From Nitrospirota bacterium (lineage in GTDB: Bacteria; Nitrospirota; Thermodesulfovibrionia; Thermodesulfovibrionales; SM23-35): 64,000 nt of DNA. The notes beneath the pieces were generated by a model that did no database searches, was not told the DNA's origin, and saw nothing but the letters and a program-made list of their open reading frames with translations. The stretch's first letter is position 1. The number at the start of each line of letters is the position of its first letter. The translations under genes and the position numbers were made by a program. The stretch lies in contig JACAFE010000032.1 of assembly GCA_013388435.1 (NCBI GenBank), forward strand, positions 6,851 through 70,850, written 5' to 3'. Positions 8,965 to 17,035 of the stretch are shown one piece after another.

Positions 8965-10628
8965 AAAAATACTCTATTTTTCTAATTATCCTTATATTGG
9001 TTCTACCCTCTATTCTTAAAGCAGGGGATTTATACGAGAATCAACTCAATAAGGGAATAATCAACTCTGACCTTTATGCATATCTTATGATTGAAAAGGC
9101 AAAGAATGATAAAGAAAAAGCAGAAAGTTTTCTTAGAGAAGCCTTAAAGTTTTCACCGGATCTTCCTGCTGCTTATTTCGAGCTTTCAAGAGCAAGTTTT
9201 AATTTCACTTCGAACGGGTTTTTCCAGACAGTGGATTATCTCAGACAGGGTATTGAAAAATATAGACATAATTTCTGGTGGTCTTTTATGTTTACAGCTA
9301 CAATAACTTCAAGCATAATGATTTCATTTTTTGCCGCGATTTTTCTTCTTATATTAATAAGAATATCAATAGATTTATCATTGTTTAAGCATGATATCAA
9401 AGAAAACAGAGTGAAACTATCACTGTTGCTCACTTTTATATTTTCGGTTTTAGGACCGTTATTTCTCCTCGGGAGTTTATTGATGCTTATAAGTTTTTAC
9501 AGGGATAAGTGGGGCAAGTCTGTACTTTATTCTTACCTGTCTGTTCTCATTATTTCTCCTGTAATATTTCATATCATTTCGCTTTTCTTTACTGCTCCTG
9601 CTTCAGCAGAATTAAAAGGAATCGTGGAGGTAAATGAATCAAGAGGAAACAGTTATGCTATATCAATTCTGAAAGGAAATAACAATGCTTCTGCGCTTTT
9701 TTCTTACGGACTTGCTTTAAAACGCGAAGGCAGATATAATGAGGCAATAGAAGTCTATGATTCGGTTCTCAAAATAAAATCCGATTCACGTGTTTATAAT
9801 AATCTTGCGAATTGTTATTTTGCCATCAATAATTTTGAAAAAGCCAAAGAACTATACCTTAAAGCAAAAGAAATAAAACAAACGCCAGCCATCTTCTATA
9901 ATCTAAGTCAGGTATATAGAGAAACCCTTGATTTTGAAAAGGGTGAAGAATATTTTCTACAGGCTCAGAAAATGGACCAGCAGGCTGTTTCAATGTACAG
10001 AGCAATTGCCAGCAGGAATCCAAATAGATTTGTAATTGATGAAACACTTTCATTCCCTGAAATCTGGGGGATAGCTAAAAACATCAAAGTAAAGGTTTCT
10101 ACCATGGGTTTTTCTATTGTGCCACCTTCTTTAATACCTTTGATAGCTATCGGTATGATTGCATTTTTTATTTTTATAGACAGATATTTTAAAAACCGTG
10201 CTTATCCATGCAAAAGATGCGGAAAAATTATCTGTCCTTCATGCGAAAAACATATTTTATGGGGACATATGTGCAGAAATTGTTATCGTTCTATTGTAAG
10301 AATAGATGAACTTGATGCAAAAGAAAGAGTAGCGCGTCTTCTTGCTGTTTATGCTTATCAGACAAAGAGAAGAAATATTATCAAATTATTATCTTTTATA
10401 TTGCCGGGTTCAGCTCAAATATATGCCGGCAGTATTGTGCAAGGATTTCTGATTTTATGGATATTTCTTTTCTTCCTTGCTCTTCCTTTTATGAATCGAG
10501 TATTTATTCCAGAGGTTCACGGTTCCATGCCACTCTGGTTCAGTTTGCTTTCACTCGCAATTCTTATAATTATTTATATTGTATCTAATTTCATTACAAG
10601 ACGGAGGGTTGCCAGAGGATGGCTTTAG
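8961..10628 (+). CDS. Polytopic membrane protein with TPR repeats and a cytoplasmic zinc-ribbon
   Basis: 555 aa. Signal/TM N-terminus, several TM helices, TPR-like repeats (YNNLANCYFAINNFEKAKELYLKA), and a Cys cluster CKRCGKIICPSCEKHILWGHMCRNC. Confidence 0.6.
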   Translation: MKKYSIFLIILILVLPSILKAGDLYENQLNKGIINSDLYAYLMIEKAKNDKEKAESFLREALKFSPDLPAAYFELSRASFNFTSNGFFQTVDYLRQGIEKYRHNFWWSFMFTATITSSIMISFFAAIFLLILIRISIDLSLFKHDIKENRVKLSLLLTFIFSVLGPLFLLGSLLMLISFYRDKWGKSVLYSYLSVLIISPVIFHIISLFFTAPASAELKGIVEVNESRGNSYAISILKGNNNASALFSYGLALKREGRYNEAIEVYDSVLKIKSDSRVYNNLANCYFAINNFEKAKELYLKAKEIKQTPAIFYNLSQVYRETLDFEKGEEYFLQAQKMDQQAVSMYRAIASRNPNRFVIDETLSFPEIWGIAKNIKVKVSTMGFSIVPPSLIPLIAIGMIAFFIFIDRYFKNRAYPCKRCGKIICPSCEKHILWGHMCRNCYRSIVRIDELDAKERVARLLAVYAYQTKRRNIIKLLSFILPGSAQIYAGSIVQGFLILWIFLFFLALPFMNRVFIPEVHGSMPLWFSLLSLAILIIIYIVSNFITRRRVARGWL

Positions 10629-11668
10629 AAGGCTCTCTTAAAGATTTCGGGTTTGCAGATATATTACAATTGATTTTCTTCCAGAGAAAAACAGGAGTCC
10701 TGACTATTGAGGGAAGACTCGATAAAATCAGGCTGCTTTTCATTGACGGTAATATAACGGGCGCTGAATCGAAAAGAAGATCTGAAGCGAATAGGCTCGG
10801 CAAAATCCTTGTAAAAAAAGGAGTTCTTAGCGAGGAACTTCTACAGTCAATTCTTCAGGAACAGAAAAATACCAATACAAAGCTCGGGAATCTTATTGTG
10901 CGTAAAGGTATTGTTGAAAAGGCTGACATAGAAGAAATCCTTGAAAATCAGATAAAAGAAACAGTCATTCAGATTTTCAACTGGAAAGACGGAACATATG
11001 AATTCACGCCAACTGCAGTGCCTGTTGACAAAGAAATTCCACTGTCAATTGATACGCAGCACCTTCTTATGGAAGGCCTGCGCATAGTTGATGAATGGAC
11101 CACAATAGAAGGCAAAATAACACTTGATACTGTTTTTATGAAAACAGGGATAATTGAAGCAGAACAACCTGAAGAAGAGAGAGAAATTCTCGAGCTCATT
11201 GATGGGGAAAATGATGTCAGCACAATCATAGATATTTCAGGCAAAGACGATTATTCTGTCTCAAAAGTTCTTGTGTCCCTGCTCGATAAAGGTATTATTG
11301 CCTCAAAAGAGGCTAAACCATTAATTGCTGTGCAACTTGTAATAACAGAAGCAAAACCTCCACTATCATATACTTTTCTTCCTTTAATTGTGATAATAAT
11401 TGCATTTGTCATCTCATTATTGCCGGTTTTTACGGAATCAGGAGATATTTTAAAAAATTTCATAACTTCAAAGGATATAAATGAATTAAGGTTAAAAATC
11501 GAGGCTCATAAATTTTCTTTCGGAGAGTACCCTGCTGATTTGAATTCAATCATCCGGAAATCAGACCAGTGGCATCAACCCTATATTTATAAAAACTTTG
11601 GGGAATATTACACACTTTCAAGTTCAGGACCTGATAAAATATCAGGCACACCTGACGATATATATTAA
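10619..11668 (+). CDS. DUF4388 (PATAN-like) domain protein with TM helix and GspG-like C-terminal domain
   Basis: 349 aa. The N-terminus GSLKDFGFADILQLIFFQRKTGVLTI is typical of DUF4388. There is one TM helix (LPLIVIIIAFVISLLPVF). The C-terminus YPADLNSI..WHQPYIYK..YTLSSSGPDKISGTPDDIY resembles the globular domain of type II secretion pseudopilins. Confidence 0.6.
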   Translation: MALEGSLKDFGFADILQLIFFQRKTGVLTIEGRLDKIRLLFIDGNITGAESKRRSEANRLGKILVKKGVLSEELLQSILQEQKNTNTKLGNLIVRKGIVEKADIEEILENQIKETVIQIFNWKDGTYEFTPTAVPVDKEIPLSIDTQHLLMEGLRIVDEWTTIEGKITLDTVFMKTGIIEAEQPEEEREILELIDGENDVSTIIDISGKDDYSVSKVLVSLLDKGIIASKEAKPLIAVQLVITEAKPPLSYTFLPLIVIIIAFVISLLPVFTESGDILKNFITSKDINELRLKIEAHKFSFGEYPADLNSIIRKSDQWHQPYIYKNFGEYYTLSSSGPDKISGTPDDIY

Positions 11669-11674
11669 AAATAT

Positions 11675-12406
11675 ATGAAGGCAGTAGTACTTTTAAGCGG
11701 GGGAATCGATTCGTCAACTTCTCTTGCAATAGCAAAATCCAATGGTTTTGATGTTTATGCAATAACTTTTGATTATAAACAGAGGCACAAAAGAGAACTT
11801 GAATCCGCAAAGATGATTGCAGCGGCTTTTAATGTTGTGGAACATCTGTTTATAAAATTCGATCTGAGCAAAATAGGCGGCTCTGCTTTAACATCTGATA
11901 TTGCGGTTCCAAAATCGAAATCATTTTCTAATTCGGCAGGGTCTGTAACAATACCTGTCACATATGTGCCTGCACGTAATACAATATTTCTTTCTTTTGC
12001 TCTTGCATGGGCTGAAGTTCTTGAGGCGCAGGATATTTTCATAGGTGCTAATGCTATAGATTACAGCGGATACCCTGATTGCAGGCCTGAATATTTAAGG
12101 GCTTTTGAAAATATGGCCAATCTTGCAACAAAAATATCAGTTGAAGGCAGAGCTCATTTTAAAATTCATGCTCCGCTTATTTCAATGTCAAAAGGACAGA
12201 TAATAAAAGAAGGTATAAAACTCGGGCTTGATTATTCATTGACATGGAGTTGTTATGACCCTCAACCCATAAGAAAAAAAACTTCGGATTCAAGATTCAA
12301 AATTCAAACCTCTGAATTTATTCCCTGCGGGAAATGCGATAGCTGCATTTTCAGACAAAAAGGATTTGATGAAGCAGGGATTAAAGACCCTCTTGTTTCG
12401 AGATGA
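11675..12406 (+). CDS. queC: 7-cyano-7-deazaguanine synthase QueC
   Basis: 243 aa. PP-loop [10 protein letters not shown] and a C-terminal Zn Cys cluster (WSCY..CGKCDSC). Confidence 0.9.
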   Translation: MKAVVLLSGGIDSSTSLAIAKSNGFDVYAITFDYKQRHKRELESAKMIAAAFNVVEHLFIKFDLSKIGGSALTSDIAVPKSKSFSNSAGSVTIPVTYVPARNTIFLSFALAWAEVLEAQDIFIGANAIDYSGYPDCRPEYLRAFENMANLATKISVEGRAHFKIHAPLISMSKGQIIKEGIKLGLDYSLTWSCYDPQPIRKKTSDSRFKIQTSEFIPCGKCDSCIFRQKGFDEAGIKDPLVSR

Positions 12407-12807
12407 TAAAATTAAGAGGACATCATCTTGTCTGCCTTCATTTTTTCTCGGGTGAGAGCTTTTCGGAAGAATTTATCAGTAATCTTAGAGATATAAAAAA
12501 ACGTGCAAATGAAGGAGAAACAATAAATACAGGTTATCAGGCGGATGATATATGCAAAATGTGCGTGTATCTTAAGAACAAAAAATGTCTTTATAGTGAA
12601 AATGCTGATATTGAGATAATGAACATGGATAAAACTGCTATGGCATTACTTGAGTTAAAACAGAATACAAACCTTAAATGGCAAAAAATCAGTGCAAGAT
12701 TACCATCTATGTTTAAAGACTGGTACATAAAATATTGTGTTGAATGCGATTGGCTCAATATATGTAGAAAGAATAAAGAGTTTCTAAAACTTATAGCAGC
12801 TTTTTAG
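12403..12807 (+). CDS. DUF1284-like Cys-rich protein
   Basis: 134 aa. The N-terminus [13 protein letters not shown] is characteristic of DUF1284. Its ATGA start overlaps the queC stop. Confidence 0.6.
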   Translation: MIKLRGHHLVCLHFFSGESFSEEFISNLRDIKKRANEGETINTGYQADDICKMCVYLKNKKCLYSENADIEIMNMDKTAMALLELKQNTNLKWQKISARLPSMFKDWYIKYCVECDWLNICRKNKEFLKLIAAF

Positions 12808-12876
12808 AAATGGAGGATACCTGATATAGAAAACCTTAAAAAGCTTAAAGTTAACTTTGATGAAATACAAAAAGCA

Positions 12877-13368
12877 ATGGAAGATATTGACAGGGACTCT
12901 TTTGATTATTTTCTTGATTGTATAACAGGTGATGTTGTTAGTTTTTCTGAACAAATATTAAAAGAAGTAGAAGCAAGGCTATATGAGAATGATGATGAAG
13001 AAATAAAAGATGATATTGAATATATTGAATATGATGAAATTCCTGAATTGCCTGACTGGATGGAAGATGAGATAGAGCTTGCAATGGAAATACTTTTTGA
13101 TGTTGAAAACAGGTATATAAGAATACCTGAGAGGAATTCCGGTACAGCTTTTAACACCATGATTGAATTTGTAAAAACAGTGGAGGATGAAGAACTAAGA
13201 AATATTCTAACCAGATCTCTTGAAGGCAAAGGGGCATTCAGAAAATTTAAAGTTGCTCTTCTTGAATATCCAAAGGAAAGGAAGAGATGGCACGGCTTTA
13301 ATGCAAAGACTATTAAGCAAGAAATAATCCAGTGGCTTAAATCTATAGGTATTGAACCCGAGATATGA
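12877..13368 (+). CDS. UPF0158-family protein
   Basis: 163 aa, acidic, with GKGAFRKFKVALLEYPKERKRWHGF matching the family's C-terminal signature. The frame is open for 22 more codons upstream with no canonical start, so the start is uncertain. Confidence 0.6.
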   Translation: MEDIDRDSFDYFLDCITGDVVSFSEQILKEVEARLYENDDEEIKDDIEYIEYDEIPELPDWMEDEIELAMEILFDVENRYIRIPERNSGTAFNTMIEFVKTVEDEELRNILTRSLEGKGAFRKFKVALLEYPKERKRWHGFNAKTIKQEIIQWLKSIGIEPEI

Positions 13369-13467
13369 TTGTTTTTTAATAAACTAATTTGATAAACTGG
13401 ATTATAGCATTGCAAAAATATTGAGAGTCTGAATATAAAATCCAATAGTAATAATATCAACTTGATA

Positions 13468-14472
13468 ATGAATTACAAAAAACTGCTTTCAGAATTTAAA
13501 AAGAAAAAAATCCTTGTAGTCGGTGATATTATCCTTGACCGTTATATATGGGGGAAGGTTAACCGTATATCTCCTGAAGCGCCTGTGCCTATTGTTGAAG
13601 TTACCGAGGAAGTCTTTCATCTCGGCGGAGCTTCCAATGTAGCAAATAATATTATTTCATTGGGCGGGAAAGCAACAATAGCAGGTGTTGCAGGAAATAA
13701 CGACAGAGGCGGGGAAATACTCAGAAAAATGCTTGATTCAGCAGGCATTGTATATGATGGAGTTTGCTGGACATCGAGACCGACCACAATGAAGACACGT
13801 GTTATAGCCCATAGCCAGCAGGTTGTCAGGTTTGACAGGGAGGATAAAAACAGGCTTGAAAACAAGATTCTCAAGAAATTAATTGATTATATACGATTTG
13901 AAATCTCGGGTTATGATGCGGTAATAATATCCGATTATAAAAAAGGTGTAATTTCAAGCAAACTCATAAGCGAGATAATGAAATATGCAAAACCTGAAAA
14001 TATCTTTGTTGCTGTTGATCCAAAAGTCGGTCATTTTCATTGTTATAAAAACGTTTCCTTAATAACCCCTAATTTAAATGAAGCTTCTCAAGCATCCGGC
14101 ATTGATATAGTTGATGAAAGAACATTGTTAAGTGCGGGCAAATTATTGATGAAGAAGTTATCATGTGATTCAGTGCTTATCACACGAGGCGAACATGGCA
14201 TGAGCCTTTTCAAAAAAGACTCTGTGGTACATATCCCCACTGTTGCAAAAAATGTTTTTGATGTTACAGGAGCTGGCGATACAGTTATTGCTGCCTTTAC
14301 TCTTGCGCATGCTGCTGGAGCAAGTCTTGAAGAATCAGCCATTATTGCAAATCATGCAGGAGGCATTGTGGTTGGAGAGGTTGGCACCGCTGTTGTAAAA
14401 CCCGAACAATTAATTAAATCATTAAATTCAAAAAATGGCAGAAGCAATATCACTATTCTCAGGAGGACTTGA
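13468..14472 (+). CDS. hldA: D-glycero-beta-D-manno-heptose-7-phosphate kinase (RfaE domain I / HldA type, PfkB family)
   Basis: ILVVGDIILDRYIWGKVNRISPEAPVPIV and DVTGAGDTVIAAF (PfkB motif). I chose the ATG at 13468 over the TTG at 13462. Confidence 0.8.
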   Translation: MNYKKLLSEFKKKKILVVGDIILDRYIWGKVNRISPEAPVPIVEVTEEVFHLGGASNVANNIISLGGKATIAGVAGNNDRGGEILRKMLDSAGIVYDGVCWTSRPTTMKTRVIAHSQQVVRFDREDKNRLENKILKKLIDYIRFEISGYDAVIISDYKKGVISSKLISEIMKYAKPENIFVAVDPKVGHFHCYKNVSLITPNLNEASQASGIDIVDERTLLSAGKLLMKKLSCDSVLITRGEHGMSLFKKDSVVHIPTVAKNVFDVTGAGDTVIAAFTLAHAAGASLEESAIIANHAGGIVVGEVGTAVVKPEQLIKSLNSKNGRSNITILRRT

Positions 14473-15430
14473 CAGCACCCTTGCAATCCTGATTTTAAAG
14501 GAACAGGGGATCAATGTTACTGCAATACGTTTCATAACTCCTTTTGAACCTGATTCCAATCCATTATCTGACATAAATGACCTTAATGCCCTTTCTCGAA
14601 GGTTTGATTTTAATCTTGACATATACAGAATAGCAGAGGAATTTCTTGAAATCGTCAAACATCCAAAACATGGTTATGGCAAAAATATGAACCCCTGTAT
14701 TGATTGCAGAATTTTAATGTTAAAAAAGGCAAAAGAAATAATGCAGGAAACAGGGGCTGATTTTATTGCTACAGGAGAAGTTCTTGGACAGAGGCCTATG
14801 AGTCAAAAAAAAGACATGCTTTATCATATCGACAAAGAGGCTGATTTAACAGGAAATGTTTTGCGTCCTTTGTGTGCAGGTCTGTTAAGAAAAACGATAC
14901 CTGAAGAAAAAGGGATAGTTAAGCGGGATTTGCTCTATAGTTTTAGCGGCCGTTCAAGAAAACCTCAAATGAAGCTGGCTAAAGAATTTGGTCTTGATAA
15001 ATATCCTTCCCCTGCCGGAGGCTGCCTTCTTACAGACCCGATTTATTCAAATAAACTTAGAGATTTATTGGCACATAAATTATCTCCTGCCCCGAAAGAA
15101 ATTGAACTGCTCAAAATAGGAAGACATTTCCGATTATCTCCGCATTGCAAAATAGTTGTTGGAAGAGACAAAACAGAGAATGAAATAATTCAATCTCTTG
15201 CATCAGATGATGATTATATCTTAGAAATTAAGGAGCACGGCAGCCCGGTTGTGTTAATAGAAGGTATTGCTACAGAAGAAGATATTGAAAAAGCAGCAGG
15301 AATCTGCGCGCGTTATTCTGATGCAAAAAACATGAATGAAGTTAAAGTCAGCATTATTAGGAAAGATGAACAACAGACAATGAAAGTGCAACCTGCTGCT
15401 GATGAATTTATAAATGCTATCAGGATATAA
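14435..15430 (+). CDS. PP-loop ATP pyrophosphatase, ThiI C-terminal-like (tRNA thiolation family)
   Basis: 331 aa. SLFSGGLDSTLA PP-loop, NPCIDCRILM, and TGEVLGQRPMSQ. Confidence 0.7.
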   Translation: MAEAISLFSGGLDSTLAILILKEQGINVTAIRFITPFEPDSNPLSDINDLNALSRRFDFNLDIYRIAEEFLEIVKHPKHGYGKNMNPCIDCRILMLKKAKEIMQETGADFIATGEVLGQRPMSQKKDMLYHIDKEADLTGNVLRPLCAGLLRKTIPEEKGIVKRDLLYSFSGRSRKPQMKLAKEFGLDKYPSPAGGCLLTDPIYSNKLRDLLAHKLSPAPKEIELLKIGRHFRLSPHCKIVVGRDKTENEIIQSLASDDDYILEIKEHGSPVVLIEGIATEEDIEKAAGICARYSDAKNMNEVKVSIIRKDEQQTMKVQPAADEFINAIRI

Positions 15431-15757
15431 TTAGCCCACTTAATTTATAAATCTGATGCTCATGGTTTTATGCTTTTTTTAATTGGAGCAAAGAGAATAA
15501 AAAACAAAAACATGGCAGTTTTTAATACACAATCAGGAATAAAAAAGTAAGCTGTCTTGTGGTACACTCTGTCATATAACCAAACATTTTTTGTTTGATA
15601 TTTTATTTTTACAAACTCAATAATACCAAAGTTTTCAGGATTGCTGGCTATCTTTTTAGTGAATTTTATGAATTATCCGTGATAGCTCATCTTCGCAATT
15701 TTGTTTTCATAATACCGGGACGGTAGGAATTAATTCATCATATCTTAGAAATATATT

Positions 15758-16051
15758 TTATATGCCGATACGGTTCTTCATCCGATTATAGATATCTTTC
15801 CGATGCCCAATGCCAGGAATTATGACCATAGAACGATCGAATTCAAAAACAATACGATAGTCGCCAACGCGAAGTTTCAGTTTTTCTACAAGCGCAGCCA
15901 AAGCTATGTTCTCCTGAATCTCCAGAACATCCTCGATAAGATCCTCGACAACGGAAGACATCGAAAGACCTCTTGATTTTGAAAGAGTCTGCAAATCGGC
16001 ATAAATACGTGGAGTTAAAACGACATTTATGCGCGGGTTTTTGGTAGGCAT
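15758..16051 (-). CDS. Chimeric ORF: ribbon-helix-helix antitoxin N-terminus fused to RelE/ParE toxin C-terminal remnant
   Basis: The ATG at 16049-16051 lies 5 nt after GGGAGG. Residues PRINVVLTPRIYADLQTLSKSRGLSMSSVVEDLIEDVLEIQENIALAA look like an RHH antitoxin. They run directly into LKLRVGDYRIVFEFDRSMVIIPGIGHRKDIY, which is the C-terminal strands of a RelE/ParE toxin. Confidence 0.6.
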   Translation of the reverse strand: MPTKNPRINVVLTPRIYADLQTLSKSRGLSMSSVVEDLIEDVLEIQENIALAALVEKLKLRVGDYRIVFEFDRSMVIIPGIGHRKDIYNRMKNRIGI

Positions 16052-16195
16052 ACACACCTCCCTTCTAATTTTTCAGTGTAAAACAAATAGCACACTAATA
16101 AAAGAAGAAGAAAAATAGGAAATGTCAATAATTTTACGTAACAAGTAAAATTCTATGTCTTGAGATTTAGACAATCGCTTACTATAATTTTAATT

Positions 16196-17029
16196 ATGTA
16201 CAGAAAAATTCTTGCAGCAGTTAATGAATTCACCAATTCAGAACTTGCCGCCCGTTATGCTCTGACTCTTTCACAATCATGTGATGCAAAACTTTTTCTT
16301 ATTTTTGTTGCAGAAGAAGGAATTGAAAAAAATACTTTTAAAAGAGCAGAGTCAGCACTTGAAAGGCTTTTTATAGATGCAGAAAGCAGGGGTATTGAAG
16401 TCAAAAGCATCACAGAAAAAGGAGAGCCATATAAGAATATATATGATATTGTCAGGAAAGAACATATAGATTTGGTTTTCACTGCCACACGAAGGGAAGA
16501 TGTAACAAAACGTTTTTTTATTAAAACTATCGCAAGAGAATTAATATTGAAAATGCCATGTTCTGTTGCTATGGTAAGGATAGTCCGTATGGGCAGAATT
16601 CATCCGACAAATATACTTGTACCTTTAAGAGGCATGATGAAAGACATTGAAGAAAGAGCTTTTTTCGTTGGGAAACTCGCTTCGGGTTTTAATTCAAAAG
16701 TAACCATATTTCATTGTCCGGAGCCGCTTACAGATTTCTTTCACGGGAGAATTTACCTTAATCCTGCTGTGAGAGAAAAGCATATTCCCGGAGACATCGA
16801 GACTTTTACTGAATACCTTAACAAATATGTAATTATTAATGAAAAACGAACCAGTTATGGCACAATTTCAAAAGCAATAACTATAGAAGCTGCCCATAAA
16901 AGAAATGATTTAATTATAATGGGAGCAAGCGAAAGAAGTCTTTTAAAGAGTATTATCAGCGGCAATCCGGTTGAGGAAGTACTTAAAGAAACACCCTGCG
17001 ACCTGATTATTTTGAAATCAAAAAAATAA
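16196..17029 (+). CDS. Tandem universal stress protein (UspA family)
   Basis: Two Usp-like halves (YRKILAAVNE.. and NILVPLRG..) with a C-terminal IIMGASERSLLKSIISGNPVEEVLKETPCDLIIL. I chose the ATG at 16196 over the TTG at 16160. Confidence 0.8.
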   Translation: MYRKILAAVNEFTNSELAARYALTLSQSCDAKLFLIFVAEEGIEKNTFKRAESALERLFIDAESRGIEVKSITEKGEPYKNIYDIVRKEHIDLVFTATRREDVTKRFFIKTIARELILKMPCSVAMVRIVRMGRIHPTNILVPLRGMMKDIEERAFFVGKLASGFNSKVTIFHCPEPLTDFFHGRIYLNPAVREKHIPGDIETFTEYLNKYVIINEKRTSYGTISKAITIEAAHKRNDLIIMGASERSLLKSIISGNPVEEVLKETPCDLIILKSKK

Positions 17030-17035
17030 ATATTA

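Noticed and set aside
12808-12876. Possible frameshift at the 5' end of the UPF0158-family gene (out-of-frame ATG at 12810 followed by TGA, with 22 open codons upstream of ATG 12877)
   Set aside because: No homopolymer or clear repair restores a longer protein. GGAGGA at 12812-12817 may be coincidental. I kept the ATG at 12877 and flagged the start as uncertain.
12906-13460. 184-aa minus-strand ORF
   Set aside because: It is entirely antisense to the UPF0158-family gene. It is Ser/Ile-rich and low-complexity with no motif. It is a shadow ORF typical of AT-rich DNA.
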